A stretch of 64,000 bases of DNA. It comes from a virus. Of the stretch, positions 29,734 to 39,015 are shown one piece after another; within the stretch, counting starts at the first letter, position 1, and the number at the start of each line of letters is the position of its first letter. The notes under the pieces are model-generated. The model ran no database searches. It saw only the letters and a list, made by a program, of their open reading frames with translations, and was not told the DNA's origin. Location: IMG/VR virus record IMGVR_UViG_3300032241_002679, positions 77,844 through 141,843 of that record. One strand, written 5' to 3'. The position numbers and the translations under genes are program-made.

Positions 29734-30477
29734 TTATTCGACTACATATCTGATTCCATCAACAACCAACCATTTAATTTCATTGATATTGACTTTTCTC
29801 ACATTTGATCCCCTACCATCGTCAATAATGTCCATATCAATAACATCGTAAAAACCATTAGTTGAGGAAAATTGTACTTTATAACCCCTTAGAATTCTTT
29901 CATCACCCTTTTCAATGGACAATACTGGATTTTCTTGGATTTGTTTAAAAGCTTCCTCGAGAGTCACTTTACCACTACTAATGTTTGTTAAAGCTTCTTG
30001 GATTTGTTTTTCTTTTGCAGTGTTAAAAGCTTTTTTAGTCAATTCCTTACCCTTTTTATCAAAGCATACTGAGAATACCCTAGTTGTATGAATGTCCGCC
30101 CATAGGTTCCTAATACCCTTTAATTTGATATCTCCTTCTCTTACAGTAGAGTCAGCCTCTAATTGACCTTTATTTTTAGCTTCGTCAATTTGTTTTTGTG
30201 TCCATAATTTATCCTCACGACCTACACTGACTTCTTCAGAATATTGATCCGCTGTTGTCAATAATTCAGATACATATTTGCTATCCAAATTAACTACTTG
30301 ATTTGATTCTAGGTGTCTGAACTGATAATTAGTAACAATATTTCCATTGTTATCTAAACCTGCGTTTTTGTTACCTAAGTAGACATAATGACTTTCTTCG
30401 CTGAATACATCGCCTACTTCCATTTCATTAATTTTAATGAGATTTTTCTTTGTTTGTTTTTCTGTTTGTGTGTTCAT
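29734..30477 (-). CDS. Hypothetical protein co-transcribed with vWA gene (SH3/WYL-like C-terminus)
   Basis: FSVCFDKKG ... RKVNINEIKWLVVDGIRY. Confidence 0.55.
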   Translation of the reverse strand: MNTQTEKQTKKNLIKINEMEVGDVFSEESHYVYLGNKNAGLDNNGNIVTNYQFRHLESNQVVNLDSKYVSELLTTADQYSEEVSVGREDKLWTQKQIDEAKNKGQLEADSTVREGDIKLKGIRNLWADIHTTRVFSVCFDKKGKELTKKAFNTAKEKQIQEALTNISSGKVTLEEAFKQIQENPVLSIEKGDERILRGYKVQFSSTNGFYDVIDMDIIDDGRGSNVRKVNINEIKWLVVDGIRYVVE

Positions 30478-30484
30478 ATATATA

Positions 30485-31210
30485 TTATTTTTTTTCTTCT
30501 ACTGTCTTAGTGTAAAAATCTTGAGTAACCTCTTCGCCCCTAGATACTGATTTAGAATACATCATTCTAGCTTTTTTTGTATTATCATAAGACATTTTAA
30601 TACTCGATGCTGTATTCATATGGGTTAGGGTATTTGATTCCTTTAAATTAAGTATATCAACAGCATACTTGACTTCTGACTTTGTACCCATAAATGTAAT
30701 TGTAAATCCTTCTTTTTCATATTGTTTAATCATATCGCCCAATATTTTTTGACCATTATATCCGCCATAAGTTCCTCTTGATGAATTTTCTTCACCATCT
30801 GTAAAAATATTAATAAGAACTTTATCAGATTCTGAATACTTTGTTTTTCGAGCAAGATGTATATATTCCAATGTCTCGCCAATTGCTTGATTTAATGGTG
30901 TTGAGCCACCAGTACCCATACCCCCGTATGTATCTGGAATAGTATTTAATATATCCAAGATTCTTTTAATTGATGACCCCTCAAATTCAACAACTGTCAC
31001 TGTATTATCAGTATCAGTATCTGTTTTTATATCTTTAAGAAGTTCATTAACGCCATCAATTGCATTTGAATACTTACTACCAGTCATGCTGCCAGATGCA
31101 TCAATAATGAATACATTATGTATTCGTGGTTTTTGACTGTTTAATGGAATGTTGACTGTAACTTTATTGTCAACTAAATTTGGATTGCGTTTTGCGCCCT
31201 TTACTCTCAT
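30485..31210 (-). CDS. von Willebrand factor A domain protein
   Basis: MIDAS motif IIDASGSM, GSTPLNQAI, IFTDGEENSS. Confidence 0.9.
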   Translation of the reverse strand: MRVKGAKRNPNLVDNKVTVNIPLNSQKPRIHNVFIIDASGSMTGSKYSNAIDGVNELLKDIKTDTDTDNTVTVVEFEGSSIKRILDILNTIPDTYGGMGTGGSTPLNQAIGETLEYIHLARKTKYSESDKVLINIFTDGEENSSRGTYGGYNGQKILGDMIKQYEKEGFTITFMGTKSEVKYAVDILNLKESNTLTHMNTASSIKMSYDNTKKARMMYSKSVSRGEEVTQDFYTKTVEEKK

Positions 31211-31250
31211 GTTTAAATTTTTAATGAAAAATATCTTATTTATGTATAAT

Positions 31251-31281
31251 CAAATATACATAATATATTCATAAAAGTCAA
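31251..31281 (-). promoter_or_regulatory. Host-type (Bacteroidota) promoter
   Basis: TTGACT-N17-TATATTTG matches the TAnnTTTG -7 element. Confidence 0.65.
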
Positions 31282-31286
31282 GTAAA

Positions 31287-32042
31287 TTATAAAGAAAAAA
31301 CACTGAAATTGTTATCAAAATCCAGCAAAATAGCGGTTCTATTTTCAACCCAATCGCCACTATTTAAATAGTGTGAGTTATTTATTATACGGTCAGCTGG
31401 CTGATGTATATGGCCACAAATAACGCCATAACAATTATTTTTTTGTGCCATTTTAATAGCATTGATTTCAAAATCATTTATATAGTTTGTAGCAGATTTA
31501 ACACCAGATTTAATATCCTTTGATATCGATTTATATGGTAATTTTTTCCATTCACGATATCTATTATACCATCTATTAATCCATAATGCTAAATCATAGC
31601 CAATACTTCCTATTTTAGCAAGCCATTTATACTTAGTTATAAAGACATCTATTACATCACCATGAAAAATATAATAATGTTTGGGGATCATTGTGTCATA
31701 ACTATCCCATACAAAATTTTCTAATCTATAATCTTCACAAATTTCAATATTTCCCAATTTAGAACCAATAAAATCTTTTAAAAAATCATCGTGATTTCCA
31801 CGAATCCAAACGACATTTGTTTTTTTTGAATATTTAAGAAGTTTTGCGATAACTTTAATGTGATGGTTTTTTAATTTTGAACCTCTTTTAATAGCCCAAC
31901 CATCAATAATATCACCATTTAATATTAATAAATCGGTTGAATGTGTTTCCAAAAATTGTAAAAATTCTTTAGCTTTTGAATCTTTAGTACCTAAATGTAA
32001 ATCAGATACAATAATAGCTTTATATTTATTTTTTATTTCCAA
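31287..32042 (-). CDS. LpxH-like metallophosphoesterase (UDP-2,3-diacylglucosamine hydrolase family)
   Basis: SDLHLG, GDIIDGW, GNHD, HGD, CGHIH, YLNSGDWVE. Confidence 0.85.
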   Translation of the reverse strand: MEIKNKYKAIIVSDLHLGTKDSKAKEFLQFLETHSTDLLILNGDIIDGWAIKRGSKLKNHHIKVIAKLLKYSKKTNVVWIRGNHDDFLKDFIGSKLGNIEICEDYRLENFVWDSYDTMIPKHYYIFHGDVIDVFITKYKWLAKIGSIGYDLALWINRWYNRYREWKKLPYKSISKDIKSGVKSATNYINDFEINAIKMAQKNNCYGVICGHIHQPADRIINNSHYLNSGDWVENRTAILLDFDNNFSVFSL

Positions 32043-32731
32043 TAATTATAATCTTTTTTAAACCAATCTTCATTATTTCTATTCCACCAACTTAAAAACA
32101 TTATTTTAATCATATACCATATACCTTTCTTTTTAAATCGTCTATCTGTAGTATAAACATAACGATTAATGATTTTAAATTTTCTTGGTTTAATCTTCGA
32201 ACTAATACGATAGTCCTCAGCAATTTTATCTTTTTCATCAAATCCTCCTAATTTATTAAATGTCTCTGTCTTAAATAACATAAAACCACCGACAGCAAAT
32301 GGACGAGTTATTGAAGTTATTTTTTGTATTGTATCAAATACACGATAAACCCAATTATAACCCTTACCAATTGTTCTAAATTTACATGTAATTAAATCAT
32401 AATCGCCATTAATTGCAGTAAATAAACAATTTTTAATTAAATATTTATCTGTAATAAAAATGTCCGCATCTAAAAACAAAACATAAGGTGTCTTAACTAA
32501 TTTAGCCCCATTATTACGAGCTACACTAGGTAAGCCACCTTTTATTATTTTAATTAATCTATGTGAACGTTGAACAAAATCATATAATGATTTAATTGAT
32601 AATATATCATCACTTGAATCGGCTATAATAATTTGACAATCCAGACGCTGTCTAAAAATAAGTTTCAAAACATTAATAATGTTTACCCCCTCATTTTTAC
32701 ATGGTATTACTATCGTTAAATCTTTATTCAT
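32033..32731 (-). CDS. GT2 glycosyltransferase
   Basis: IVIPCKNE, ARNNGA, FLDAD, GGFDEK..AED. Confidence 0.9.
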   Translation of the reverse strand: MNKDLTIVIPCKNEGVNIINVLKLIFRQRLDCQIIIADSSDDILSIKSLYDFVQRSHRLIKIIKGGLPSVARNNGAKLVKTPYVLFLDADIFITDKYLIKNCLFTAINGDYDLITCKFRTIGKGYNWVYRVFDTIQKITSITRPFAVGGFMLFKTETFNKLGGFDEKDKIAEDYRISSKIKPRKFKIINRYVYTTDRRFKKKGIWYMIKIMFLSWWNRNNEDWFKKDYNYWK

Positions 32732-32732
32732 T

Positions 32733-34679
32733 TTATTTTATTAATGATATTGTCCAGAAGTCACTTGCGTAGTCTGAACTACATAAATATGAAGCTGGTA
32801 TTTTAAAATAACCGCCTAATCCCCAATTAGTACCCCAAGAATTACGCATCATGAACATATCTTCTTCTTTAATATAACCGACAACAGCTATTGCATGACC
32901 ACCTACCATACTCTCAGTATTAATATCTGGCATTGGTACAATACCAGTCTGAGCAACTTCTTGACTCATAAAACTTTCAAAGACACTTATGCCACAACTA
33001 ATTGGAAATCCCTGTAATAAAGCATTAACTAATAATTGTTTATTTGTGTTATCGATAGATTTATATTGCAATGCCTCAAATTGTTTAGCTGAATTAATTG
33101 CTTCATCACTCGGTTTAATAGTAAATTGATTAATATTGTATGGCCATAAATCCTCAGATGAAACACCATTTTGAGCTATTACTTTAATTCCATCACGAAT
33201 AACGGCACCAGCATCACTATTAACAGTTCCTTCCATGAGTCTTTCAAAATAATAAATAAAAAGTCTTGATGGTTGAAATGGAGTTTGATTTAGTGTAGTA
33301 TGTTTATTTAACAAATCAAAATGTACCAAAAAAGCAAGTGAATTAGCTGTACAATTATGTACAAAAACACCAGACTCTAAGGCAAAATTATGGTACTTAT
33401 CAACTGTTAAGCAATAAACATCAATTTTTTTATCTAGTTTTTTTATATTAACTATTTTATGGTTATAATTTATTGCGGACTCCTCAAGTTCTTCTATTGA
33501 ATTAAAGAATTTTTCTATCGTTGTAAACTTGTAAAAATTATGTATACCACTACTTTCTTTTTTTTCTAACCAATTTTTTTCGTTAATTTCTTTGTTTTCA
33601 TCAATTAATTCTTTAGCCCATTTGACCAATAATTTCTTTGTCGTATTTTTTCCTAAATATGTTTTTCCTAAATTAATATATTTTTCTTTATTAAAATCAT
33701 TACTCAATAGATTGGCCATTACTTTTTTTCCATTGATAATTTGTCTTTCTTTAATTTCAGGATTTTTTAAAGTATTTTTTAATGTTTTATTAGCCTTATC
33801 TCTTGACTCTTTAGTATGGCCAATTAATAAATTATTTTTAATTTGTTCTAATCTTTTAGGTTCATTTTTTGCTTTTTCCCAAGCCATTTTGCCACCCTTA
33901 GAACAATTTTCTAAATTCCACTCTGGATTTTTTTCATATCTCTCTTGCATTATTTTTCTCGAATGTTCTCTTTGAGCATCAGTACCGTTCCAACTAGTAT
34001 TATGAAATATTTTATGTTCGTTTTCACCCATCCATTCTAAATTATCTGGTGTATTATCAAATTTATTAAAATTTTTATGGTGTGTAACTAAATATTTATC
34101 TGATTTTTCCTCTATCCTTTCTTTAACAATTTTTTTATAACCTAAATTTATTTTTTCGTTTATCGTAGTATGTACATATTTCCATTTATTTAAATTATTA
34201 TCAAAATATTGTTCATAACCAAGAGGACCGACTTTTAGATAGTTCGGCATTAAGGATTCATTTGGCATTATATCTATAACTCTTTTAAAGCTACCATCCC
34301 TCATCATAAATTCATGGTCAGGGGTACAAATAATTTTAGCCCCATTATCTAGAGTAACTTCAACGACTTCTTTATTTTTACCAGTTAAATTAGCCCTAGC
34401 TTTACCAGCAGTTAATGAACCATTTTCATCGGCTGAATATACATAAAAATCTTTTCCGTTTTCATAAAGTTCTTTAAGTGTTTTTATTGTCCCATCAAGT
34501 AATTTAATTTTAGTTTCACCAGCAAAACATGAACCTAATTGTCCTTGGTCATAAGGCGTTGGTAATACATACTTATCTGATAATAAAACTGTCTGTATTG
34601 GCTTTAAAAGCTCTACACTGAATTTAATGTCACGAGGATCTGGTTTTTGTGGTAACCAACCCAATTTTTTCTGTATCAT
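32733..34679 (-). CDS. Papain-like C1 cysteine peptidase with HNH intein
   Basis: DQGQLGS/C-TANS, GGHAIAVVGY, RNSWGTNWG. Confidence 0.92.
   Translation of the reverse strand: MIQKKLGWLPQKPDPRDIKFSVELLKPIQTVLLSDKYVLPTPYDQGQLGSCFAGETKIKLLDGTIKTLKELYENGKDFYVYSADENGSLTAGKARANLTGKNKEVVEVTLDNGAKIICTPDHEFMMRDGSFKRVIDIMPNESLMPNYLKVGPLGYEQYFDNNLNKWKYVHTTINEKINLGYKKIVKERIEEKSDKYLVTHHKNFNKFDNTPDNLEWMGENEHKIFHNTSWNGTDAQREHSRKIMQERYEKNPEWNLENCSKGGKMAWEKAKNEPKRLEQIKNNLLIGHTKESRDKANKTLKNTLKNPEIKERQIINGKKVMANLLSNDFNKEKYINLGKTYLGKNTTKKLLVKWAKELIDENKEINEKNWLEKKESSGIHNFYKFTTIEKFFNSIEELEESAINYNHKIVNIKKLDKKIDVYCLTVDKYHNFALESGVFVHNCTANSLAFLVHFDLLNKHTTLNQTPFQPSRLFIYYFERLMEGTVNSDAGAVIRDGIKVIAQNGVSSEDLWPYNINQFTIKPSDEAINSAKQFEALQYKSIDNTNKQLLVNALLQGFPISCGISVFESFMSQEVAQTGIVPMPDINTESMVGGHAIAVVGYIKEEDMFMMRNSWGTNWGLGGYFKIPASYLCSSDYASDFWTISLIK
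33354..34529 (-). mobile_element. Intein, 392 aa, HNH, at the catalytic Cys of the C1 peptidase
   Basis: CFAGETKIKLLDG...CTPDHEF...THHKNFNKFDNTPDNL...VFVHN/C. Confidence 0.93.
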
Positions 34680-34750
34680 AATTTATAGGTTTTTCTATAA
34701 ATATTTCAAATACGAATAAAATTGGGAATAATAATAATTTAACACTAAAT

Positions 34751-34776
34751 AAAAATGGCCCAAAAATGGGCCATTT
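34751..34776 (-). terminator. Intrinsic terminator
   Basis: aaatggccca-aaaa-tgggccattt. Confidence 0.7.
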
Positions 34777-34797
34777 AATAAAAACTTTGAATATTGT

Positions 34798-35766
34798 TTA
34801 GAATATCCTATTGAAAAAATTACCAGTGCCTAAAACTAATGTACTTTGACCTATTTCATAACCATTATTATATACCGAAATGTTATAATCTCCAGCTATT
34901 AAATTTTTCTGTGGTAAAGCAAATTGGATACGTTTTGTTTTTTTAGTCTCAATATTTACTGGTATCTTAGTGGTAAATGATTTATCACCATCCTCACGTG
35001 TTGTGAATGTACCAGAATTTAAAGTCTCATCAGTAACTACATCACCACTAGGGGTAGTCAAAACAATGTGTAGCTCAGTCTGTTTGTTTTCTATAATTCT
35101 ATTGTAGACATCAAATGAAATCAAAAATTCATCAATCTTTTTAGCTACATCACTTCTTTTTAATTTACCATTGTTCTTCTTGTGTACTGGAACAATAAGA
35201 ATATTATTTGCGACTAGAGTTGAGGCAACATCCACAGTTTTCTGTAATTGCTCATTAACTTGGTTACTCACATTAAGGCTAGAGTCTGATACTTCTTTTT
35301 CTTTAATCAAACGTCCATTATTCTCTTTTAAAGTGGCAACTTCAACGTGAAGAGCACCAACTTGATTATTCAATTCTTTAATTAAATCCTCAGCCTGTTT
35401 CTTTTCAGCATCAGTTAAGTTCTGTTTATTTAACAATGAACGAATTTCATTCTTTAACTTAGAAATTTTTGAATTTTTATTATTCAATGCAAGACTTAGC
35501 TTATCGTTAAGACTGTTAGCTGAATCCAATCTAATTAATGCGTTATCAAAATTTTTCTGTAGATCGGTCTTTTCGCTCTCAACTGTGACAATTTTTAATT
35601 CTTGCTTAACTGTCTGAATACGTTGACTAGTTATATAGTTATATGCGAAAATAAAAACAACTATGTTTAGCAATAATAGGGATATAATTATCCAATAGTT
35701 CTGAAAAAAATTCTTTTTGTTTCTCTGAAGTGTTTCCTGTGTAGGAGCGTTTTCTCTGTTTATCAT
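34798..35766 (-). CDS. Membrane-anchored coiled-coil protein, Bacteroidota-like
   Basis: N-terminal TM helix, long coiled coil, C-terminal beta domain. Confidence 0.6.
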   Translation of the reverse strand: MINRENAPTQETLQRNKKNFFQNYWIIISLLLLNIVVFIFAYNYITSQRIQTVKQELKIVTVESEKTDLQKNFDNALIRLDSANSLNDKLSLALNNKNSKISKLKNEIRSLLNKQNLTDAEKKQAEDLIKELNNQVGALHVEVATLKENNGRLIKEKEVSDSSLNVSNQVNEQLQKTVDVASTLVANNILIVPVHKKNNGKLKRSDVAKKIDEFLISFDVYNRIIENKQTELHIVLTTPSGDVVTDETLNSGTFTTREDGDKSFTTKIPVNIETKKTKRIQFALPQKNLIAGDYNISVYNNGYEIGQSTLVLGTGNFFNRIF

Positions 35767-35820
35767 ATCATATAAGTTTATGATACTATAACCAAATGTA
35801 TGCCAATTTTTTTTATGGGC

Positions 35821-36111
35821 CTAATTGGTCACATAATATAAATCCCATTTTTTTGAAAAATTTATAAATGTCTGGGCAACAAATTCATTTATAGAGTCCC
35901 AGTCCCCGAACATTTCCTCTTTCTCCCACCACCAACCTCTAATCTCAGCCAGTTCATTAATGTCATTAACAAACTCTAATTGTTTTTCATTCGGTAATGA
36001 TAACAATAATTCTGAATATTCAAGAATTGATACCACAGAACTTAAATCATGAGTATAGACCTCACATTCAATAATTGTATTATTTTTTTTGTTTCTTAAA
36101 AAATGTACCAT
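35821..36111 (-). CDS. Hypothetical protein
   Basis: 96-aa ORF. Confidence 0.55.
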   Translation of the reverse strand: MVHFLRNKKNNTIIECEVYTHDLSSVVSILEYSELLLSLPNEKQLEFVNDINELAEIRGWWWEKEEMFGDWDSINEFVAQTFINFSKKWDLYYVTN

Positions 36112-36122
36112 ATATAGTCAAT

Positions 36123-36554
36123 TTATTTCTTTCCAAAAACTACAATCATACTATCATGCATTCCAGCCTTATTCTCGACATATTCACCCTTCGTGTTCAT
36201 ACCTAAAAATTTTACTCTACCCCTAAGAAATCTAATTTCTTCAGCGTTTGGTTTAATGTAATCATGAAATAATTTGGTAGATGTACTTACTGGTAAAAGC
36301 ATGACGCATAATTTACCCCTCTTACTCATTTCAATATCCCTCTTTACAAAAGCTTCCTTCAATTGTCTTGAATACGGTGGATTAATATAATTTCTTTCGC
36401 CCCACTCTATTAATAACCCATCATTCTCTTCAGTTATTTCACCTAGGTTTAATGGACATGGATCGAAGTCAAAATTGAATTCTTTATTTAGCTCGTCATA
36501 TAAATAAGGTGGAGTTGCCCAATTATCACTATGCTTTAAATTTCTATTTTTCAA
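36123..36554 (-). CDS. Phage DNA N6-adenine methyltransferase (Dam-like)
   Basis: DNWATP..FDFDPC..YINPPYS..IRFLRGRVKF. Confidence 0.85.
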   Translation of the reverse strand: MKNRNLKHSDNWATPPYLYDELNKEFNFDFDPCPLNLGEITEENDGLLIEWGERNYINPPYSRQLKEAFVKRDIEMSKRGKLCVMLLPVSTSTKLFHDYIKPNAEEIRFLRGRVKFLGMNTKGEYVENKAGMHDSMIVVFGKK

Positions 36555-36608
36555 GTTTTTATTGTATTTTAATTAAGATATTGAATATTTATTAATAAAA
36601 TAATTTTA

Positions 36609-36729
36609 ATGGCAACAACAGCAAATTCACCCTATAAAGTCTCCTTTGGTAGAAGAAAAGGCGGCAAGGCTAAAAAATCATATAATAAACACGAATCTAA
36701 AAAAACAATATAGAGGCCAAGGTCGCTAA
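36609..36729 (+). CDS. Small basic late protein of YRGQGR type, frameshifted in an A7 run
   Basis: ATATTTAT at 36585; MATTANSPYKVSFGRRKGGKAKKSYNKHESKK; 0-frame TAG at 36711; the +1 frame gives QYRGQGR-stop. Confidence 0.55.
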
Positions 36730-37499
36730 TTACTTAATGGTGCTTTAATTGCTGGATGAGATTTATAATTATCTAATTTGAAATCATCTGGGTTTAAATG
36801 GTTATATAGTGATTGATCCCCTGATAATGATTTATAAAAAACATCTGTCTTACAATGTACTAATTTTGGTAATTCAAATGGCATCCTATTAGAATAGGGG
36901 ATATTATTACAATTCATCCACCAATTAATTATTCCTTCAGTAAATGGACTTAAATTTCCAAACTCATCTCTTTGTTTTTCCGTTAAAAACTCTCTACGTT
37001 CTTCCCAAGATAATTTACCAATTTGCTCCTTAGCTTGTTCAATATGATTTAGGTATAAATGAGTGTCACCTAAATTACCAATCAATTCATCAGGCACCAT
37101 ATTCACAATTTTTGCAATAATCTCTAACAGTAAACCATAAGATGCTATGTTAAACGGCAAACCGAGAAAAGTATCGATGCTTCTCATATTGAATATCAAA
37201 GAGATTGCTCTGTATTTTCCAGGATTAACTATTTTTTCATCCCTTGTGGTTGGTCTGGTATAAACTTGAAATCCGTAATGACAAGGCGGTAAAGTCATTT
37301 CTGTTAGGTCATTGACTGCCCACGCATTAACAATTAACCTACGAGAATCTGGATTTTCTTTTAATTGTTTAATCAAATCAGATATTTGGTCTATACCTTT
37401 GTTTCCAAATTCTTTATTGAACTCAGCATCGGTTTCTAACTTTTTTAAGAACTCTTCCTTCGTAAAAGGTGTCCCATCTTCGTGTGTGTATTTATTCAT
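36726..37499 (-). CDS. thyA: Thymidylate synthase, C-terminal fragment
   Basis: IDQI..PDSRRLIVNAW..LPPCH..RSID.FLGLPFNIASY..GDTHLY.NH..HPAIKAPLS. Confidence 0.92.
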   Translation of the reverse strand: MNKYTHEDGTPFTKEEFLKKLETDAEFNKEFGNKGIDQISDLIKQLKENPDSRRLIVNAWAVNDLTEMTLPPCHYGFQVYTRPTTRDEKIVNPGKYRAISLIFNMRSIDTFLGLPFNIASYGLLLEIIAKIVNMVPDELIGNLGDTHLYLNHIEQAKEQIGKLSWEERREFLTEKQRDEFGNLSPFTEGIINWWMNCNNIPYSNRMPFELPKLVHCKTDVFYKSLSGDQSLYNHLNPDDFKLDNYKSHPAIKAPLSN

Positions 37500-37503
37500 A
37501 ACT

Positions 37504-38196
37504 TTAATTTATATAATACCAATTTTTATACCTCTCTTTGAATTTTTCTGAACGAAATCTATTTAATAATCTATCTCGCATAGTACATTCATTTATATTG
37601 AAAAAATCCGCAGCTTCCTTTGCCGATTCAAATTCAACACCATCTATTGAACATCTTTTGTTTGACGTGGACGGTAATTTCTTTCCTTCATATTTTTTTT
37701 GTTTATCATTATTGGCCTTGGTTGATATATGATATCCATTAAACCGACCAGGTAACCAACCTTCTAATTTAATTCTTTCATCATTTGGGAAAGTTCTTAA
37801 ATTAGTCCCATTTAATTTATGATACCATTTGGTTCCAGTTAATCTTTCTTTAATTGAACTTATTTGGGTTTCAGATGGTTTAAATTTTTGCCAAACTTCT
37901 AACATTTGATGTTTAGCATATTCATATATTCGAGATGAAGGTCTATACCTTTTCTGATTGTCAGAAGAACGACACATTGACCAAAAAGAATATCGTAAAT
38001 CTGTATTATTGGGATACATTTCGTGTAATAACCAATGACATAGAAAATGCTCTCTTGCTGTTAGTTTTACTATGTTATCTGAATTATTAGTTCCATTCAT
38101 ACATTTTGGGATTATGTGATGTTTTTCTGAATATCCACCCAAATTTCTACTTTTTGCTCTTTCAATTATTTGATTGTAAATTTTTCTGTAGTTCAT
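37504..38196 (-). CDS. Free-standing HNH homing endonuclease (MobE-like)
   Basis: EKHHIIPKCMNG.N..DNIVKLTAREHFLCHWLL; C-terminal HTH (FESAKEAADFF). Confidence 0.88.
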   Translation of the reverse strand: MNYRKIYNQIIERAKSRNLGGYSEKHHIIPKCMNGTNNSDNIVKLTAREHFLCHWLLHEMYPNNTDLRYSFWSMCRSSDNQKRYRPSSRIYEYAKHQMLEVWQKFKPSETQISSIKERLTGTKWYHKLNGTNLRTFPNDERIKLEGWLPGRFNGYHISTKANNDKQKKYEGKKLPSTSNKRCSIDGVEFESAKEAADFFNINECTMRDRLLNRFRSEKFKERYKNWYYIN

Positions 38197-38247
38197 ATAT
38201 TCTCCATTGATTACCGTATATAAATATGGTAAAAAATAGAAAACATA

Positions 38248-38805
38248 CTATTTCGTTTGAACTTTTTTCAAATAATCTTCGTATAGTTCGTCTTTTGTTT
38301 TTCCACTCCAATTACGCCACTGGAATCCGTATATTTTTCCGAGATCACCCCACTTCTCGGCAAATACGTTATCAGTTTTGATTTTCTCGATGAATTCTTC
38401 TTTACTAAAAAACCCATCTATTTTAAAATCCCCCCATCCTTCAATTTTAGTCCCACTAACTTCCAATGGTTCACTACTTTTGATTTTAAAATCATATGGA
38501 TTAGAAGAAAACATTGCACTATCCAAATATTTCTTATAAGCATCACCATCCCAAATGTGACAATCGTTATCAACCAGATATTTTATGTTGGTATCGCCTC
38601 TCAAAAACCATAGTAATTCAGTAACGATTCCCTTAAAATGCATTTTCTTTGTAGTTAATAATGGAAATTTACCATCTTTAAATTTGTATCTAATAGACCT
38701 ACCAAAGACACTTAAAACTTTACCGTTTCGGGTGTTTTTCTCAACCCCATTTTCTAATATATCCTCTAAAAGGTCTATATATTGTTTGTCTAATCCATTT
38801 TTCAT
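38248..38805 (-). CDS. thyA: Thymidylate synthase, N-terminal fragment
   Basis: [38 protein letters not shown]. Confidence 0.92.
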   Translation of the reverse strand: MKNGLDKQYIDLLEDILENGVEKNTRNGKVLSVFGRSIRYKFKDGKFPLLTTKKMHFKGIVTELLWFLRGDTNIKYLVDNDCHIWDGDAYKKYLDSAMFSSNPYDFKIKSSEPLEVSGTKIEGWGDFKIDGFFSKEEFIEKIKTDNVFAEKWGDLGKIYGFQWRNWSGKTKDELYEDYLKKVQTK

Positions 38806-39005
38806 AGTATAATAAATTTAAAATTAATGTTTTTATTTAAAACGGATTCTCTTTTTAAAAGGTTTTTTTCTTTTTCTTTATTAAACGTGTAGGTTGATTT
38901 TACCTCAATAACTTTATTTTCCGATTTAATATAAATGTCTGGATAATATCTGTGAGTTTTGTTTTCGTAAACATAATGAAACCCTCCAATCTCGTCAATT
39001 ATTAT
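38802..39005 (-). pseudogene. 5'-truncated PD-(D/E)XK homing-endonuclease remnant
   Basis: Start-less 67-codon frame ...KTHRYYPDIYIKSENKVIEVKSTYT...FKFIIL; its TGA overlaps the thyA ATG. Confidence 0.75.
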
Positions 39006-39015
39006 TTATTTTAGA

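Noticed and set aside
37400-38310. Group I intron in thyA, as in T4 td
   Set aside because: Only 51 and 4 nt are non-coding, no P7-like core was recognised, and both fragments have their own coding extensions
37400-38310. Gene-60-type translational bypass joining the thyA halves
   Set aside because: The gap is about 900 nt and contains a full gene; the C-fragment has its own ATG
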